Shown: in pieces, positions 36,697 through 46,562 of the stretch
Numbering within the stretch: the stretch's first letter is position 1
Layout: every line of letters starts with the position of its first letter
Assembly (NCBI GenBank): GCA_020062745.1
Contig: JAGUVT010000017.1
Location: 1-58,145 of the forward strand
Direction: 5' to 3'
Length of the DNA: 58,145 bases
Source of the DNA: Deltaproteobacteria bacterium
GTDB lineage: Bacteria; Bacillota; Desulfotomaculia; Desulfotomaculales; JAGUVT01
Notes under the pieces: model-generated
The model's database searches: none
What the model was told of the DNA's origin: nothing
The model's input: the letters and a program-made list of their open reading frames with translations, nothing else
Program-made: the position numbers and the translations under genes

Positions 36697-37479
36697 TTGA
36701 TCAGATCGTTATACAGCGGTGTTTCGGGCATGCGAAGCAATCAAATACGCATGGATGTAATTGGTAATAATATTGCGAACGTGAATACGACGGGATTTAA
36801 GACCAGCCGGGTTAACTTTCAGGAAATGTTCAGCCAGAATATCAGGGGGAATTCTATCTCAAATATCGGTATCAATTCTGTGAACCCATCCCAGATTGGC
36901 CTGGGTCAGGCAGTTTCGTCTATTGACAGTTTTTTCGCCCAGGGAGCAATGCAGGTTACCGGCAGGACGCTTGATATGGCTGTTGATGGAAATGGTTTCT
37001 TTATGTTGCAGGATGCCCAGTCCGGGCAGAATTATTATACCAGGGATGGGGCCTTTTACTTGAATACCAACGGTGACCTGGTAAACTCAGCCGGACTGTA
37101 CGTGTTGGATTCTTCCGGGAATGCAATCAATCTGGGTACTGATATCAGCGCGTTACGTATTGATAAAAATGGTAAAGTATATGTGAATGGCAGCGAGACT
37201 GAGGCAGCTATTATAGGCATCGGCATTGTTACCAATCCGGAAGGCTTGTTAAGGGCAGGGAATAATCTGTATGTTGTTCCTGATAATACTCCCAACCCGG
37301 GTGAGCCTATGGCTGAAGGTCGCGGTGTGCTGCTTTCCGGGAACCTGGAAATGTCTAATGTTGATCTGACCAACGAGTTTGCTAATATGATTGTTACTCA
37401 GAGGGCTTATCAGGCCAGCGCCAGGGTAATTACCACATCCGATCAAATGCTGCAGGAATTAGTAGACCTTAAGCGGTAA
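36697..37479 (+). CDS. flgE: Flagellar hook protein FlgE (short Bacillus-type)
   Basis: MIRSLYSGVSG..NQIRMDVIGNNIANVNT.GFK, LEMSNVDLTNEFANMIVTQRAYQA; follows flgD. Confidence 0.88.
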   Translation: MIRSLYSGVSGMRSNQIRMDVIGNNIANVNTTGFKTSRVNFQEMFSQNIRGNSISNIGINSVNPSQIGLGQAVSSIDSFFAQGAMQVTGRTLDMAVDGNGFFMLQDAQSGQNYYTRDGAFYLNTNGDLVNSAGLYVLDSSGNAINLGTDISALRIDKNGKVYVNGSETEAAIIGIGIVTNPEGLLRAGNNLYVVPDNTPNPGEPMAEGRGVLLSGNLEMSNVDLTNEFANMIVTQRAYQASARVITTSDQMLQELVDLKR

Positions 37480-37545
37480 GAGGATGAATTTTAACGTGAA
37501 CGGCAGTCTTCAGGCGAAAATCACCTCAGTTAGGACGGGGGTATA

Positions 37546-38043
37546 GTGTTTAAAAAGGCGGAGGTAGAGGAAGAGGAGAGCAGAACAAGAAACGGTAAGA
37601 AAAACGGCAGGCCGGGGTTTTTGATTGCGGTGATGGCTCTGGTGATAGTAATTATAGCGGCTGGAGGCTATTACGGATATTCCATGTTCAAGCAACGGCG
37701 CGCAGCAGTCAAAACGACTGCTGTTGCGCCACAGTTGCAACGCACTTTGGACATGGGCGGCGTAGTGGTAAATCTTGCCGGTTCAACAAGTCGTTATTTG
37801 CGGATAAGTCCTGTAATTGTAATAAAGTACAGTAATGAAAAGAAAATTGAAAAGGAACTGGAGGAGAAAAAGTACGAGATTAAAGACGGGTTGTTAATTT
37901 TGTTGCGCAGTAAGACCGTTTACGAAATTAGCACGGCGGAGGGAATAGAGAGTCTGAAAGAGCAGATAGCTGCTGTTCTTAATGAAATCCTGGAATCAGG
38001 CCGGGTAGAGGAAGTTTATTTTACCGAATTTCTACTGCAGTAA
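37546..38043 (+). CDS. fliL: Flagellar basal body-associated protein FliL
   Basis: One TM segment, VVNLA, C-terminal EVYFTEFLLQ. Confidence 0.92.
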   Translation: MFKKAEVEEEESRTRNGKKNGRPGFLIAVMALVIVIIAAGGYYGYSMFKQRRAAVKTTAVAPQLQRTLDMGGVVVNLAGSTSRYLRISPVIVIKYSNEKKIEKELEEKKYEIKDGLLILLRSKTVYEISTAEGIESLKEQIAAVLNEILESGRVEEVYFTEFLLQ

Positions 38044-38055
38044 GAAGGGGTAGAA

Positions 38056-38412
38056 ATGATCACCGAAGACGAGATCAAATCGTTTCTAAGTAAGATTGAT
38101 AATGATAAAAACGTTATCAAAAAAGTCAGTTTTCCTCCTCTCAGGCACTCAAAGGGAGTGGGGCAGGTTAAGACATGCCTGGAACACCTGCAGGACGTTC
38201 CGGTAACCATTAGCGCTGAGTTGGGGCAATCAACTTTAAAAGTAAAGGATATTCTTAACCTGACGGAGGGCTCAGTAATTGAGATTAATAAACTGGCAGG
38301 AGAAGCCATTGATGTTTTTGTCAACGGGCAAAAATTTAGCCTTGCTGAGGTTGTAGTGGTAAATGACGTATTTGGTTTGCGTATTATCAGTATTTATCCG
38401 CCAGGCAGTTAA
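38056..38412 (+). CDS. fliN: Motor switch protein FliN
   Basis: SpoA domain DVPVTISAELG...GSVIEINKLAGE...EVVVVNDVFGLRI. Confidence 0.88.
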   Translation: MITEDEIKSFLSKIDNDKNVIKKVSFPPLRHSKGVGQVKTCLEHLQDVPVTISAELGQSTLKVKDILNLTEGSVIEINKLAGEAIDVFVNGQKFSLAEVVVVNDVFGLRIISIYPPGS

Positions 38413-38424
38413 ATTGGAGTTATT

Positions 38425-38802
38425 ATGAATGAAGATGTATTATGGGCATTCGTGCGTCTTGTTATTTCTTTACCGGTAGTGCTGCTTTTAGCTTATTTCG
38501 GCATCAGGTATGCATCAGCCAGACGGTTTTATGGATTAAGCGGGGAACGGCGGATGCGGCTGGTCGAGCAGCTTCCCATTGGTCCAAAGGGGTTTTTAAC
38601 TCTGGTGGAGGTGGGTGGGCGATATTACCTTTTGGCTCAACAGGAAGCTTCGATAACCTTGATCAAAGAATTTGATCAAATTCCTGCGGCTCTTGAGATA
38701 GAAGCGGCCGGCCTGGCCGGTTTTGGACGGCGTGCCGCGGGAATCAGGCTGTTGAGAAGAGACAAAAGTTATAAGACAGATGGGAAGATTAATGAGGAAT
38801 AG
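38425..38802 (+). CDS. fliO: Flagellar biosynthesis protein FliO/FliZ
   Basis: TM segment then LVEQLPIGPK..LTLVEVG..YYLL; precedes fliP. Confidence 0.88.
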   Translation: MNEDVLWAFVRLVISLPVVLLLAYFGIRYASARRFYGLSGERRMRLVEQLPIGPKGFLTLVEVGGRYYLLAQQEASITLIKEFDQIPAALEIEAAGLAGFGRRAAGIRLLRRDKSYKTDGKINEE

Positions 38803-39568
38803 CCGCTTTCAGGATAGATTAATTATTGTTCTTCCGGTTGTCATTTGCGCTGTTTTATATGCCAGAGCGGCCGCTTTAGCGCAACCAGTGCCAGTACCTG
38901 ATGTTAATCTGAGTATCGGTCAGAGTGATAACCCGGCTGAGGTTGTTGATAGTGTAAAACTGCTTGTCTTTTTATCTCTTTTGGCGTTAGCTCCGGCGTT
39001 TATAGTAATGATGACCTCATTTACCAGGATTATAGTAGTGCTGTCTTTTTTGCGCAGTGCCTTGGGAACCCAGCAGGCGCCGCCGAACCAGGTGTTAATA
39101 GGTCTCGCTCTCTTTTTGACAGTATTTGTAATGGCGCCTGTTTACCATGAGATAAATGAGCAGGCAATAAAGCCTTACCTCGATAATCAGATTACGCAGG
39201 AACAGGCCCAGGAGTTGGGCGCGAGGCCGCTTAAATCTTTTATGTTAAAGCAAACAAGGGAAAAGGATCTGGCTCTTTTTGTCGGACTGGCCAGGACGGA
39301 ACAACCGCAAAATGCCGAGGCGGTTTCTTTAAGTGTACTGGTACCGGCATTTATTATTAGTGAACTGAAAACAGCCTTTCAAATAGGGTTTCTGTTGTAT
39401 GTACCGTTTCTGATAATTGATATGGTGGTTGCCAGTACTTTGATGTCGGTGGGGATGTTTATGCTGCCGCCGGTAATGATCTCGCTTCCATTTAAGATTT
39501 TGCTTTTCGTCATGGTGGATGGCTGGTACCTGGTGGTGAAGTCGCTGGTAGAGAGTTTTCACCCTTAA
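38792..39568 (+). CDS. fliP: Export gate protein FliP
   Basis: MMTSFTRIIVVLS.LR.ALGTQQ.PPNQVL, PAF..SELKTAFQIG, LPFKILLFV.VDGW. Confidence 0.97.
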   Translation: MRNSRFQDRLIIVLPVVICAVLYARAAALAQPVPVPDVNLSIGQSDNPAEVVDSVKLLVFLSLLALAPAFIVMMTSFTRIIVVLSFLRSALGTQQAPPNQVLIGLALFLTVFVMAPVYHEINEQAIKPYLDNQITQEQAQELGARPLKSFMLKQTREKDLALFVGLARTEQPQNAEAVSLSVLVPAFIISELKTAFQIGFLLYVPFLIIDMVVASTLMSVGMFMLPPVMISLPFKILLFVMVDGWYLVVKSLVESFHP

Positions 39569-39591
39569 AAGTGCAGGTGGAGGGCGGTCGT

Positions 39592-39861
39592 TTGAACGAG
39601 GCGCAGGCTGTTAATATCTTGCGGGAAGCCATTGTTTTAATACTTCTTCTTTCTGCGCCGGCTCTGCTGGTGGCGCTGGTGGTAGGAGTGGTGATCAGTA
39701 TAATCCAGGCTGCCACGCAGGTACAGGAGCAGACTCTTACTTTTGTACCAAAGATTATCGCTGTATTTATTATGTTGTTGGTTTTGGCTCCCTGGCTTTT
39801 AAAAATGCTGGTTAATTTTACGGAAAATCTCTATGCCAGGATACCAACGATGATCCGCTGA
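39592..39861 (+). CDS. fliQ: Export gate protein FliQ
   Basis: QAATQVQEQTLTFVPK. Confidence 0.96.
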   Translation: MNEAQAVNILREAIVLILLLSAPALLVALVVGVVISIIQAATQVQEQTLTFVPKIIAVFIMLLVLAPWLLKMLVNFTENLYARIPTMIR

Positions 39862-39873
39862 GGAGTTGCTCTT

Positions 39874-40626
39874 TTGTTTGAGACATTTTTCCTGGTATTG
39901 ATAAGGGCGACCGCTTTTTTAGTAACCTGTCCGGTTTTTAGTATTCGTAACGTTCCGGCTATGGCTAAAGTTGGCATGGCTTTTGCCCTGGCAGTGCTGG
40001 TTTTCCCGGGTTTGGGAGATTTAAGCCCGCCTTTGCCGGGCGGACTGTTGGGCTATCTGCTGGCTGGAGCAGGTGAGGCGGCCGTAGGTTTGGCGCTGGG
40101 AACAATAGCCGGTTTTATCTTCCACAGTATCCGGATGGCCGGTCATTTTATGGATTACCAAATTGGTTTTGCCATATCGGGCGTGTTTGATCCTGTAAGT
40201 GGTTCCCAAAATACTATTCTGGCTCAGTTCTTTTACCTTTTTGGTCTGGTGCTTTATTTAGGTATTAATGGACACCACAGTTTGGTTCTGGCCCTTGTTA
40301 AGAGTTATCAACTGGTTCCGCTTGCTGCAGCGGTGGTTAAAGGCAGCGCTGTGTTGTCGGTGATCAGGGTTTTTGCTGAAATGTTCGCTATGGCTTTACA
40401 GATAGCTGCCCCATTGCTGGCGGTATTGATTATTACTGATTTAGCTTTTGGCTTTGTGGCCCGTACAGTACCGCAGCTCAATGTATTTATGGTCGGTTTT
40501 CCGCTGAAGATTATTGTTGGTATTCTTACTTTAACTTTTATGGCGCCGTTGCTGGGAAGTTTTTTAGTTAGAGTATTTAAGTTAATCGAGAGGGATGTTC
40601 TGGTTTTAATGAAGGGGCTGACTTAA
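39874..40626 (+). CDS. fliR: Export gate protein FliR
   Basis: AGHFMDYQIGF, DP.SG, ARTVPQLNVF.VGFP. Confidence 0.95.
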   Translation: MFETFFLVLIRATAFLVTCPVFSIRNVPAMAKVGMAFALAVLVFPGLGDLSPPLPGGLLGYLLAGAGEAAVGLALGTIAGFIFHSIRMAGHFMDYQIGFAISGVFDPVSGSQNTILAQFFYLFGLVLYLGINGHHSLVLALVKSYQLVPLAAAVVKGSAVLSVIRVFAEMFAMALQIAAPLLAVLIITDLAFGFVARTVPQLNVFMVGFPLKIIVGILTLTFMAPLLGSFLVRVFKLIERDVLVLMKGLT

Positions 40627-41685
40627 ATGCCGGATAATAACCAGTTGAAAACCGAGCAGCCAACACCCAGGCGATTGCAGGAAGCCCGCCGGAAGGGTCA
40701 GGTGGCGAAAAGCACTGATTTAACGGCAGCACTCATTTTGCTGGGAATGGTAGTGCTTTTTTATGTTTCCAGGGATGCTTTTGTGGATTCTACCAGGCGC
40801 TATTTGACCGGATACTTCAGCAGTATAATCAATCCGCAAAACTTGAAAGACCCTGTTGAAGTATTGTTTTCTACTGCTTCGTATTTTTTATTACTGGCGA
40901 TGCCGGTTTTTGTTTTAGCGATGGTTATGGCCGTTGCGGCCAATTTAATGCAGGCCGGTTTTGTTTTTTCCCGTGAAGCGTTGGTTCCGAAATTAGAAAG
41001 GCTGAGCATTACAGAAGGTATGCGGCGGATGTTTTCCACCAGGAGTCTGGTTGAGTTGGTGAAAGCGATTCTTAAGCTGTTGGTTTTGGGAGTATTGACC
41101 TATTTGTTGATGATAAGACATCTGCCCGAGTTGTTAATGATCTATGAAGGCACACCGGAAAAAATCTTTCAGGTGGTTGCTGACTTTGCCCTGGCTGTAG
41201 TGGGTTACGGCAGTGTTGTTTACCTGTTTCTGGCTTTACTTGATTATCTGTACAGGCGTTATGAGCATTTTAAAGGACTGCGTATGTCTAAACAGGAACT
41301 TAAGGACGAGTTGCGCCAGACCGAAGGGGATCCTTTCTTAAAGGCCCGTCAGCGGGAACGGCAGCGGCAGATTGCCATGAACCGGATCCGGCAGGAGGTC
41401 CCCGGCGCGACCGTGGTAATTACCAACCCGACTCATCTGGCTATAGCCCTGCGGTATAAAGAAGGCGAAGACATTGCTCCCAGAGTGGTGGCCAAAGGAG
41501 CCGGTCATCTGGCTAAAAGGATTATAGAACTGGCCGGTGAACATAAGGTACCGGTTGTCGAAAATAGGGAAGTAGCTCGCCTGCTTTACCGTAATACAGA
41601 AGTTGGACAGGAGATCCCGGTTGAATTTTATCAGGCGGTAGCCGAGATCCTGGCCATGATTTACCGCTTGAATAAGACAGCTTAA
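40627..41685 (+). CDS. flhB: Export switch protein FlhB
   Basis: KTEQPTPRRL, EGDP, NPTH autocleavage motif. Confidence 0.96.
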   Translation: MPDNNQLKTEQPTPRRLQEARRKGQVAKSTDLTAALILLGMVVLFYVSRDAFVDSTRRYLTGYFSSIINPQNLKDPVEVLFSTASYFLLLAMPVFVLAMVMAVAANLMQAGFVFSREALVPKLERLSITEGMRRMFSTRSLVELVKAILKLLVLGVLTYLLMIRHLPELLMIYEGTPEKIFQVVADFALAVVGYGSVVYLFLALLDYLYRRYEHFKGLRMSKQELKDELRQTEGDPFLKARQRERQRQIAMNRIRQEVPGATVVITNPTHLAIALRYKEGEDIAPRVVAKGAGHLAKRIIELAGEHKVPVVENREVARLLYRNTEVGQEIPVEFYQAVAEILAMIYRLNKTA

Positions 41686-41698
41686 AAAGAGGTGTCTG

Positions 41699-43777
41699 GT
41701 GGTGCCTTCCCCGGTAGAGGTTGCGCTAAAAGAACAATGGAAAAGAAATAACGATGTGATTATTGCCGGGCTGGTCATCGGTATAGTTCTCTTGATCATC
41801 ATTCCCTTGCCGGCCTGGATGCTGGATATTTTCCTGACCCTTAGTATTACGCTGGGATTGGTGATCTTGCTGATTACCATGTTTACCACAGAACCCTTGC
41901 AGTTTTCCGTCTTTCCGTCATTATTGCTGGTTACCACCCTCTACCGGCTGGCATTGAATATTTCTTCTACACGATTGATTTTAAGTGAAGCTTCGGCGGG
42001 TAAGGTTATTGCCGCCTTCGGGCATTTTGTGATAAGCGGCAGTTATATAGTGGGAGCAGTGGTTTTTGTAATTATTACGGTTATTCAGTTCGTGGTTATT
42101 ACCAGCGGAGCCGGGCGGGTTGCCGAAGTGGCCGCCCGTTTTACCCTGGATGCCATGCCCGGCAAGCAAATGAGTATTGATGCGGAATTTAACTCTGGAT
42201 TGATTACCGAAGAGGAGGCCCGTAAGCGGCGGCGTCATCTGCAGAGAGAGGCCGATTTTTTCGGCTCTATGGACGGCGCCAGCAAGTTTGTGCGCGGCGA
42301 TGCTATTGCCGGTATTATTATTATTATCATCAATATAGTGGGCGGACTGACCATCGGTCTGGTGCAAATGAACATGTCGGCGGAAGAGGCCTTGCACATT
42401 TATACTTTGTTGACCGTAGGTGACGGATTGGTAACTCAGGTGCCGGCCCTGCTGGTTTCTACGGCGACGGGTATTTTAGTTACCAGGGCTACCTCTGATG
42501 CCACCTTCGGCAAGGATTTGTCCAGGCAATTTTTAAATTTCCCAAAAGTTTTGTTTCTTGCTGCGGCAATTCTGTTCGTATTGGGATTGGTCCCGGCTAT
42601 GCCCAACCTGCTTTTTCTGGTATTATCCGGGATGACGGCTTACCTGGCTTATACTTTGCTGCAAAGCGAGCGTCAGAGACAACTGGCGGAGCAGGAAAAC
42701 TTATCCCGCCAGTCCCGGAGCCGGCCTCAGGAACCGGAGAACGTATTCAGTTATTTTCAGGTAGACCCGTTGGAAATTGAGATTGGCTATAATTTAATTG
42801 TATTGACCGATGAAGAACAGGGCGGTGATCTTCTCTACCGTCTGTCTGCAGTGAGGCGGCAATGCGCTGCCGAAATGGGTATTTTTGTGCGACCGATCAG
42901 GATCCGGGATAACTTGCAGTTAAGCCCCAACAGTTACACTTTTAAGCTCAGGGGTGTACCGCTGGCTGAGGGAGAACTGATGCCGGGCCATTTCCTGGCG
43001 ATGGATCCGACCGGCCAGGCCAAAGAGGTTCCGGGCGTTTCTACTTTCGAGCCCACTTTTGGCCTTAAAGCCTGGTGGGTAACTGCTGCTGAGCGAGAAC
43101 AGGTTGAGCTCTCCGGCTTTACGGTGGTGGACGTTACAACGGTTATGATTACCCATCTGACGGAGTTTATTAAACGTAATGCGCATGAGCTGTTAGGCCG
43201 TCAGGAATTGAAAGAACTCCTTGATGTGGTGAAAGAAAAGAATCCGGCTGTGGTTGAGGAACTGGTACCGGATCTGCTTTCTTTAGGGGAAATCCAAAAG
43301 GTTTTCCAGAATCTGTTGCGCGAGCAGGTGCCGGTACGGGATTTGGTTGCTTTGCTGGAAGCGCTGGCAGATGGAGCACGTGTAAGTCACGATATCGATT
43401 ATCTGACCGAATATGTCCGCCAGGCAATGGCCAGAAACATTTGCCGGCTTTACAGCGTGCAGGGAGAAAAAATATCGGTGATTACTTTACATCCCAAGCT
43501 GGAACAGCGTATTGTGGAGTCTCTTCAGCAGACCCAGTTTGGTCTTTACCCGGTTTTAGAGCCCGATATTGTCCAGCGGGTGTTGGATGATTTGAAAAAG
43601 ATGTCTGAAAAATTAACCGTGCGGGGATTGACTTCGGTGGTACTATGCTCCCCGCGCGTTCGTCTGCCTCTAAGGAGACTCGTTGAAAGGCATCTGCCGG
43701 GTTTGGCAGTGCTGTCTCTTACTGAGATTGTTCCCGGCGTGGAGGTAGAAGCTGTAGGGACGGTGACAGCGGAATGA
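41699..43777 (+). CDS. flhA: Export apparatus protein FlhA
   Basis: RVAEVAARFTLDAMPGKQMSIDA, FFGSMDGASKFVRGDAIAG. Confidence 0.97.
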   Translation: MVPSPVEVALKEQWKRNNDVIIAGLVIGIVLLIIIPLPAWMLDIFLTLSITLGLVILLITMFTTEPLQFSVFPSLLLVTTLYRLALNISSTRLILSEASAGKVIAAFGHFVISGSYIVGAVVFVIITVIQFVVITSGAGRVAEVAARFTLDAMPGKQMSIDAEFNSGLITEEEARKRRRHLQREADFFGSMDGASKFVRGDAIAGIIIIIINIVGGLTIGLVQMNMSAEEALHIYTLLTVGDGLVTQVPALLVSTATGILVTRATSDATFGKDLSRQFLNFPKVLFLAAAILFVLGLVPAMPNLLFLVLSGMTAYLAYTLLQSERQRQLAEQENLSRQSRSRPQEPENVFSYFQVDPLEIEIGYNLIVLTDEEQGGDLLYRLSAVRRQCAAEMGIFVRPIRIRDNLQLSPNSYTFKLRGVPLAEGELMPGHFLAMDPTGQAKEVPGVSTFEPTFGLKAWWVTAAEREQVELSGFTVVDVTTVMITHLTEFIKRNAHELLGRQELKELLDVVKEKNPAVVEELVPDLLSLGEIQKVFQNLLREQVPVRDLVALLEALADGARVSHDIDYLTEYVRQAMARNICRLYSVQGEKISVITLHPKLEQRIVESLQQTQFGLYPVLEPDIVQRVLDDLKKMSEKLTVRGLTSVVLCSPRVRLPLRRLVERHLPGLAVLSLTEIVPGVEVEAVGTVTAE

Positions 43778-45024
43778 AAGTAAAAAAATATGTTGTTACT
43801 GATATGAAAGAAGCGATCAGGTTGATTAAAGGGGATTTGGGCCCGGAGGCGGTGATAATCAGCACCCGTAAGGTAAGGAGACGGGGGTGGTGGGGTTGGC
43901 TGGGTCAAAACCAGTTGGAAGTAACTGCTGCTGTTGATGATTATCACGATTTGAGGGGACAAAGGGGTACTGGAGCGCCGGCGGTAGCCGGTCAAAATTT
44001 AGGGGTAAATTTAAATGAAGTGTTGCCGAATAACGAAAGGCTTTACAGAAGAATTCCTGCTCCGCCAGGAGTGCCTGTTGTAAGTCATGCTGAGAATCTG
44101 GTTAAGCAAAAGGCGGTTGAACCGTCACCCGGCGAAATTGGCTTAAGGCATGATCTGGCCGAAGTTAAAGCTCTTTTACGCCAGGTGGTTAAAAGCAACG
44201 GCGAAAAAACACCGGGCGATCATCTGTTGTTGCGCTGGCGTCAGGTGCTGGTGGAGAAGGATGTGGAAGAGGATATTGTAGAGGAGTTGATGGAAGAGTT
44301 ACGAACCAGGATTGAACCGGAAAACTTTGAGGGTGATGACCGGGCCACTTTTTTGCTGGTTGATAAGGTGGCCAGGATGCTTGAGCCGGTTTGCGGGGAT
44401 AGTGAACATCTCCATAGAGTAATCGCCTTTGTTGGACCTACCGGTGTGGGAAAGACCACCACGCTGGCCAAGCTGGCGGCCCAGATGACGCTTTTTGAAA
44501 AGAAGAAGGTAGCTCTTGTAACCATTGATACCTACCGTATTGGTGCGGTTGAACAACTGAGAACATATGGAGAAATAATCGGTGTTCCGCTGGAAGTAGT
44601 GGTTACTCTGGAAGATTTGCAGCAGGCTTTAAAAAGGCAAAATGATAGTGATTTTATTTTGATTGATACGGCCGGGCGGCCTTCAAAGAATTTACGCCAG
44701 GTTTTGGAATTGAAGCGTTTTCTTGAGGTTATTCAGGAACCGAAGGATATTTTCTTGGTGCTTAGTTCTACTACCAAAAATCGGGATTTATTAAAGATTG
44801 CTGAGGATTTTAAAAAATTGCATTTTAATAAGTTAATTTTTACCAAGATTGACGAAACCGATTCGTTGGGTTGTCTTTTAAATATTCCTTACCGGTTAAG
44901 AATGCCGGTGGTTTACCTTACTGACGGGCAAAGCGTGCCGGATGATATTGATCGGGCTTATCCGAAAAAAATTGCCAAACTCTTAATAAAGGGAGTAGAA
45001 CGGTATGAGGGATCAGGCGGCTAA
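43774..45024 (+). CDS. flhF: SRP-family GTPase FlhF
   Basis: GPTGVGKTTTLAKLAA, DTYRIGAVEQL, DTAGR, TKIDET, GQSVPDD. Confidence 0.95.
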   Translation: MKVKKYVVTDMKEAIRLIKGDLGPEAVIISTRKVRRRGWWGWLGQNQLEVTAAVDDYHDLRGQRGTGAPAVAGQNLGVNLNEVLPNNERLYRRIPAPPGVPVVSHAENLVKQKAVEPSPGEIGLRHDLAEVKALLRQVVKSNGEKTPGDHLLLRWRQVLVEKDVEEDIVEELMEELRTRIEPENFEGDDRATFLLVDKVARMLEPVCGDSEHLHRVIAFVGPTGVGKTTTLAKLAAQMTLFEKKKVALVTIDTYRIGAVEQLRTYGEIIGVPLEVVVTLEDLQQALKRQNDSDFILIDTAGRPSKNLRQVLELKRFLEVIQEPKDIFLVLSSTTKNRDLLKIAEDFKKLHFNKLIFTKIDETDSLGCLLNIPYRLRMPVVYLTDGQSVPDDIDRAYPKKIAKLLIKGVERYEGSGG

Positions 45025-45871
45025 GTTACGTGCTATGGCGCAAAATGTGCCTTACCGCACTGAAGAAAGCCAGGTTGCCGGGCCAAAAGTAATTGCTGTT
45101 ACCAGTGGTAAAGGTGGTGTCGGCAAAACAAATCTGGTAGTCAACCTGGCGGTATTGCTGGCAAGGATGGGGAAAAAGGTAGTGATTTTTGATGCTGATT
45201 TGGGGCTGGCCAATGTAGAAGTTTTGCTGGGTATCACGCCTGCTTACACCCTTTACGATGTTTTATACGGAGATAAGGATTTTAATGAAATTCTAACTGC
45301 CGGGCCGTTCGATCTGAAGGTAGTTTCCGGTGGAACCGGCCTGCACGAATTGGCAAATTTGGATTACGTCCAGCGTGAAAAGTTAGTTAAGGCGCTTAAT
45401 CACCTGCAGGTAGATTTTGTTTTTGTTGATACCGGCGCCGGTATTAATAAAAATGTGCTGGGGTTTGTAGCAGCAGCCGAGGAAGTTATTTTTATAGTTA
45501 CGCCTGAACCGACCTCGTTAACCGATGCCTACGGTTTAATTAAGGTTTTAGCCAAATATAAAATTTATTCAGAGGTAGGCCTGGTGGTAAACCGTACTTT
45601 AAGCGAGCGTGAAGCCAACCAGACGGCGGGAAGAATTGAGGCGGTAGCCGGACGTTTTTTGCAGGTAAAAGTAAAGTATCTGGGTTTTATTTGTGAGGAC
45701 CGGATGGTGGGTCTGGCAGTAAAAAACCAGCAGCCTTTTGTGTTGATGAGTCCTAATGCCGCTGCTTCTAAAAACCTCCTCAGTATAGCTGGCTGCTTGC
45801 TGAATGAGCCCTGCCGGGAAGCTAAAGGGATGAGTAGTTTTGTCGGTAAGCTATTACGTTTGTTTGGATAG
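45005..45871 (+). CDS. flhG: MinD-like ATPase FlhG
   Basis: MRDQAAKLR, SGKGGVGKT, DADLGLAN, PEPTSLTDAY. Confidence 0.93.
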   Translation: MRDQAAKLRAMAQNVPYRTEESQVAGPKVIAVTSGKGGVGKTNLVVNLAVLLARMGKKVVIFDADLGLANVEVLLGITPAYTLYDVLYGDKDFNEILTAGPFDLKVVSGGTGLHELANLDYVQREKLVKALNHLQVDFVFVDTGAGINKNVLGFVAAAEEVIFIVTPEPTSLTDAYGLIKVLAKYKIYSEVGLVVNRTLSEREANQTAGRIEAVAGRFLQVKVKYLGFICEDRMVGLAVKNQQPFVLMSPNAAASKNLLSIAGCLLNEPCREAKGMSSFVGKLLRLFG

Positions 45872-45877
45872 GTGAAA

Positions 45878-46528
45878 ATGAGCAAGAAGATTCTCAGAGT
45901 TAAATTAAAAATTGAGGTTTCCCGGGAAGGGGAAGAGATTTTATACTTTTCTTCAATCCAGGACTTTAAAGAAGAGTATTTTTCCATATCCTTACCTTAC
46001 CGCCGCGGCCGGCCGTTAAATTTACGAATGGGGGACAGGGTAAAGATCACCGTGCCCGGGGATAGTGAGGCTTTTAGCTTTGTTTCGGAGGTGATCGGGC
46101 AGCGAAATGATCCGCTCCGGCTTATTGACCTGGCTTTGCCGGAGCGAATCGAACGCATTCAGCGCCGGCATTTCGTGCGGTTGCCCGTAAATATAGATGT
46201 TTTCTTTGCGGAGGGTGAAGATGCGGAGGAAAACCTGACTTATTTTAAAGCGGCGACTGTTGATTTGAGTGAAGGCGGTATGCGAATCAGGACCAGCCAA
46301 AATTTTCCCTTGGAGACTTGCTTGTGGGTTAAATTTACCTTGCCGCTGGAAGGTAATCCAGTCGAGATATTTACCAGAACACGTGTTGTCAGAACAGTAG
46401 TGCAGTTTCTGGACAGTGGAAAGTTTTACGAGACTGCTCTGGAGTTTATTGACCTGCCCGGTTTGCGGCGGGATCAGATATTTACCTATGTTTTTAAAAG
46501 AATGATCGAGCAAAGGCAGCTTGTTTAA
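45878..46528 (+). CDS. PilZ-domain flagellar brake protein (YcgR/MotI-like)
   Basis: QRRHFVR (RxxxR) and DLSEGG (DxSxxG) c-di-GMP motifs. Confidence 0.9.
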   Translation: MSKKILRVKLKIEVSREGEEILYFSSIQDFKEEYFSISLPYRRGRPLNLRMGDRVKITVPGDSEAFSFVSEVIGQRNDPLRLIDLALPERIERIQRRHFVRLPVNIDVFFAEGEDAEENLTYFKAATVDLSEGGMRIRTSQNFPLETCLWVKFTLPLEGNPVEIFTRTRVVRTVVQFLDSGKFYETALEFIDLPGLRRDQIFTYVFKRMIEQRQLV

Positions 46529-46562
46529 GAGAGATTGTCTTTTGGAATGAGAGGTACCCCCA

